Origin: Macrostomum hystrix
Lineage: Eukaryota > Animalia > Platyhelminthes
DNA length: 64,000 nucleotides
NCBI GenBank assembly: GCA_950097015.1
Contig: CATNEN010000003.1
Coordinates: 124,001 to 188,000, forward strand
Direction of reading: 5' to 3'
The notes under the pieces are model-generated. The model saw only the letters and a list, made by a program, of their open reading frames with translations, was not told where the DNA came from and did not search any database. Below are positions 60,901-64,000 of this stretch, one piece after another; position 1 is the stretch's first letter, and every line of letters starts with the position of its first letter. Both the position numbers and the translations under genes were made by a program.

Positions 60901-62945
60901 CGGTGACATCAAAGACAAAGACAACGACCGAGTCGGATACTTCGATTGTAAATAAGAGATCCGTAGCTGAACCATCCACTTCGCGACCAGATACCCAGAA
61001 TAAAAAGCCGGATGTTTCGACTGGCACTAAAAGTGAAGCGGTGACATCAAAGACAAAGACAACGACCGAGTCGGATACTTCAATTGTAAATAAGAGATCC
61101 GTAGCTGAACCATCCACTTTGCGACCAGATACCCAGAATAAAAAGCCGGATGTTTCGACTGGCACTAAAAGCGAAGCGGTGACATCTAAGACAAAGACAA
61201 CGACCGAGTCGGATACTTCGATTGTAAATAAGAGATCCGTAGCTGAACCATCCACTTCGCGACCAGATACCCAGAATAAAAAGCCGGATGTTTCGACTGG
61301 CACTAAAAGCGAAGCGGTGACATCAAAGACAAAGACAACGACCGAGTCGGATACTTCGATTGTAAATAAGAGAGTTGTAAGCGTTGACAAAATGGAAGAC
61401 GAAAATGATGAGTATTTGTACCATGTCTATCGATGGAGCCGCGGTCAGGACGTCGACGTAGTACCGTTGCATACAATGGAAAGCTACATCATGTCAAGCT
61501 TTGCAACCAACTTAAATACTTTTCGAGACCCCGGCAATCCTGATTTTAAACCGTTCTATCACGACCACATGGAAAATGATGGAAAGAAGAGACAATTTGC
61601 TGATGAGCAGTCCTTCAGGAACCGAACACGTCTTTCTGTCAGACGGGTACTCGGCTGTGGACACTTTATTCTGTGTGTGCTTTACATGCAATACAACAAG
61701 CTAGAGCGAATACACGGTGAGTCCTGGCCTTGCCTGGAGCTCTGGCAGAGGCACAAGGAAGTATTGCTTTCACAGAACCTGCTCAATCTTGATGCTCCAT
61801 GTGATCCGGAAGCTGCCTATGCTTGGATGAAAGACTTCTATGAAGACCTGTTTACTACGATTCCTCAGGATCAGTTTTGGAATGCAAGTTTGATAGCTTT
61901 TACGAAGCTGTCCTTCACTGCACCATGCGACAAAGATGCAGACGCGCACACTGAAAAATTTCTTCGCAATTATGCGTAAGTTTATTTGAAAACTTAAACC
62001 GTGATAAACACTAATGGGACTAAGGGGTTTATCACTAAGGGGTTAAACACTAAGGGGTTTATCACGTGATAAACGAACGTGATAAACACTAAGGAAAAAT
62101 TATTGCGTATTATCTTTATAAACACTTTTTACGTCCGCCCAGCACAGCAGGGCAATAATTTGACACAAAAGCTCTTTATTGTTACAGAAAGTTTATCTGC
62201 TTCTACCTGCACAACATGCACGAGTTCGGCTTGTTGGAAGGCGACCCGCTGCAGCAATACTACAGTCTAATGCGAAAGAAGGGCGATCCTCCTGCTGTAC
62301 AAGTAACACGCAGTCAAAAAGACTACCTAAAGGCAACGAAAACTACTGTAAAGATAACAAAGACAGTTCTAGCTCAAATTAAAAACACAGAAGCAAAAAA
62401 TGATGCAGCTTCCAAAAGCGATGGTCAGAAAGCAGTTTCATTCAAAAGCACCAGTAGCGCATTGACCGAGCGTGCTACTCGCGATACGCAGCAAGTGGAT
62501 ACAGTTAAAGAATCAAAGAAAGAGTCACTCCCATCAACAGCAACAAAAGACTCGAGATTTTCTATTATTAGTCATAAAAGCACACTGGACAAAAAAGATA
62601 ATGACTTCAAAAACTCAAAAAGCCAAGTGATAGCTCAAAAAGCAACGACCGGGTCGGATACTTCAATTGTAAATAAGAGATCCGTAGCTGAACCATCCAC
62701 TTCGCGACCAGATACCCAGAATAAAAAGCCGGATGTTTCGACTGGCACTAAAAGTGAAGCGGTGACATCAAAGACAAAGACAACGACCGAGTCGGATACT
62801 TCGATTGTAAATAAGAGATCCGTAGCTGAACCATCCACTTCGCGACCAGATACCCAGAATAAAAAGCCGGATGTTTCGACTGGCACTAAAAGTGAAGCGG
62901 TGACATCAAAGAAAAAGACAACGACCGAGTCGGATACTTCGATTT
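51931..62945 (+). repeat. Higher-order tandem array: 1859-bp unit (one 1997-bp variant), about 6 copies, each with 138-bp subrepeats
   Basis: ORF starts at 52783, 54642, 56501, 58360, 60219 and 62216; near-identical units. Confidence 0.98.
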
Positions 62946-64000
62946 TAAGTACGAAAGCCGTAGCTGAACCGCACCATGGGATCCGTGGAAAAAGTGTTGA
63001 GTTGAAGGGCCCTAAAAGCAAGGCTGGGACGCCATCGGTTAGGTCAAAAACCTCCTTTGTATATAAGAAAACCGCGGCTGAGGCGATTGTTTTTGGTATA
63101 GACAATAAACAAAAAGACGCTGATGTCTTAATTGGCCTAAAATGCGAAGCGGCGAAATCAAAGAAATCGACTAAGTCAAAAACCTCGTCAATGAAAAAGA
63201 AGGGCTTGGCTGAACCATCTGATTTGGGTCTAGACACCCAAAATGAAAAATCTGGTGACTCGAAGGACTCTAAAAGCGAACCGGTGTTATCAAATTTAAA
63301 GAGTTTGTCTGAAAAATATGAAACTGCTGCTGAAGTTTTCGATTTTATTCAAGACACTGAACAAGAAAGTCCTGCAAATGACTTTAAGGAGTTTAAAAGC
63401 GAAGGAGCTACATCAAAGACAACAACTGAGTTTGAAAATGTGATTTCAAGTCAGAAGGCCATGGCTAAACCATTTAATTTCCGTTCAGGTACACAACATC
63501 AACAAGAAGTTGGTTATAAGGACTCTATTGGTGAAGTTTTGAGATTTAAAGCAACGGAGAAGTCTGAAACAGTGAGTACCTTGAAATCATCAATTAAATC
63601 AAAAGCATCTATTCAAAGTCCAACAGCTACGGCTGAAAAACTAAATACTTCGGTTGAAGACATCCGTCCTAAACAAGCTAAAAAGATAAAGGACTCTGAT
63701 TCCAAAGATCAGCAAGCTGACAATTTCTATGACTTCGAAAGAGTCACCCCAGAGACTTTAATACAATCGAAGACGGCTGCAGGTCTCTATACAAAGAGCA
63801 CCACAAAACGCTCTACTGTGATGCAAAATTCCCCAAAAGGAATAAATGAAGCGTTTGATGAATATGAAGACGAATTAACGATAGAAAAAGCCGACCAGAA
63901 AGAGGGATTTCAACGTGAGGGCTTTCAAGATAGCCTGGATATAAAGGCTTTTTGTCAATGCTGGAGCGAATGTTGTAGATATGTTCCCTCAGGTTTGCAA
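51959..64000 (+). CDS. Putative giant multi-module protein (at least 3590 aa, open at window end): six copies of an unknown, about 225-aa predicted helical domain separated by S/T/K-rich 46-aa-repeat linkers
   Basis: Introns GC|GTAAGT...TTACAG|A at 52543-52754, 54402-54613, 56261-56472, 58120-58331, 59979-60190, 61976-62187 remove each stop and give ...FLRNYAKFICFYLHNMHEFG...; the last exon is open to 64000. Confidence 0.75.

Noticed and set aside
52783-61979. Five or six separate 540-aa genes
   Set aside because: Stops lie within splice donors and the ORFs begin mid-domain; the spliced single-gene model fits better.
53202-63237. Antisense 200-250-aa hydrophobic repeat ORFs
   Set aside because: Shadow frames of the stop-poor 138-bp repeat.

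Overview
Eukaryotic (metazoan invertebrate) genomic DNA with spliceosomal introns, dominated by transposable elements. The style is reminiscent of a free-living flatworm such as Macrostomum, but that is a weak inference. Host genes: first coding exon of a neuropeptide-type GPCR, two-exon VPS29 with a tRNA-Pro(CGG) just downstream, exons of a Gly-rich/zinc-knuckle/RS RNA-binding protein, a 4-exon secreted protein with a duplicated uncharacterised domain, and a terminal 1859-bp tandem array. Removing one 212-nt intron per array unit gives a single open frame of at least 3590 codons. Mobile DNA: a deleted Mag-like Ty3/gypsy element; an old RTE-X-like LINE with a nested LOA-like LINE and a DD41D Tc1/mariner; a second LOA-like LINE in a 48-bp minisatellite; a young, nearly intact Ty3/gypsy element inserted in a hairpin-ended foldback element; a CORE-type SINE; and a second mariner relic. 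Top findings: (1) a cold-shock (OB-fold) domain between the Gag zinc knuckle and protease of the young gypsy element, (2) the splice-joined giant repeat protein, and (3) a window-wide family of TA-CGAG-(CG)-TA transposon excision footprints, supported by an LTR-pair comparison. All calls are by eye; no searches were run.
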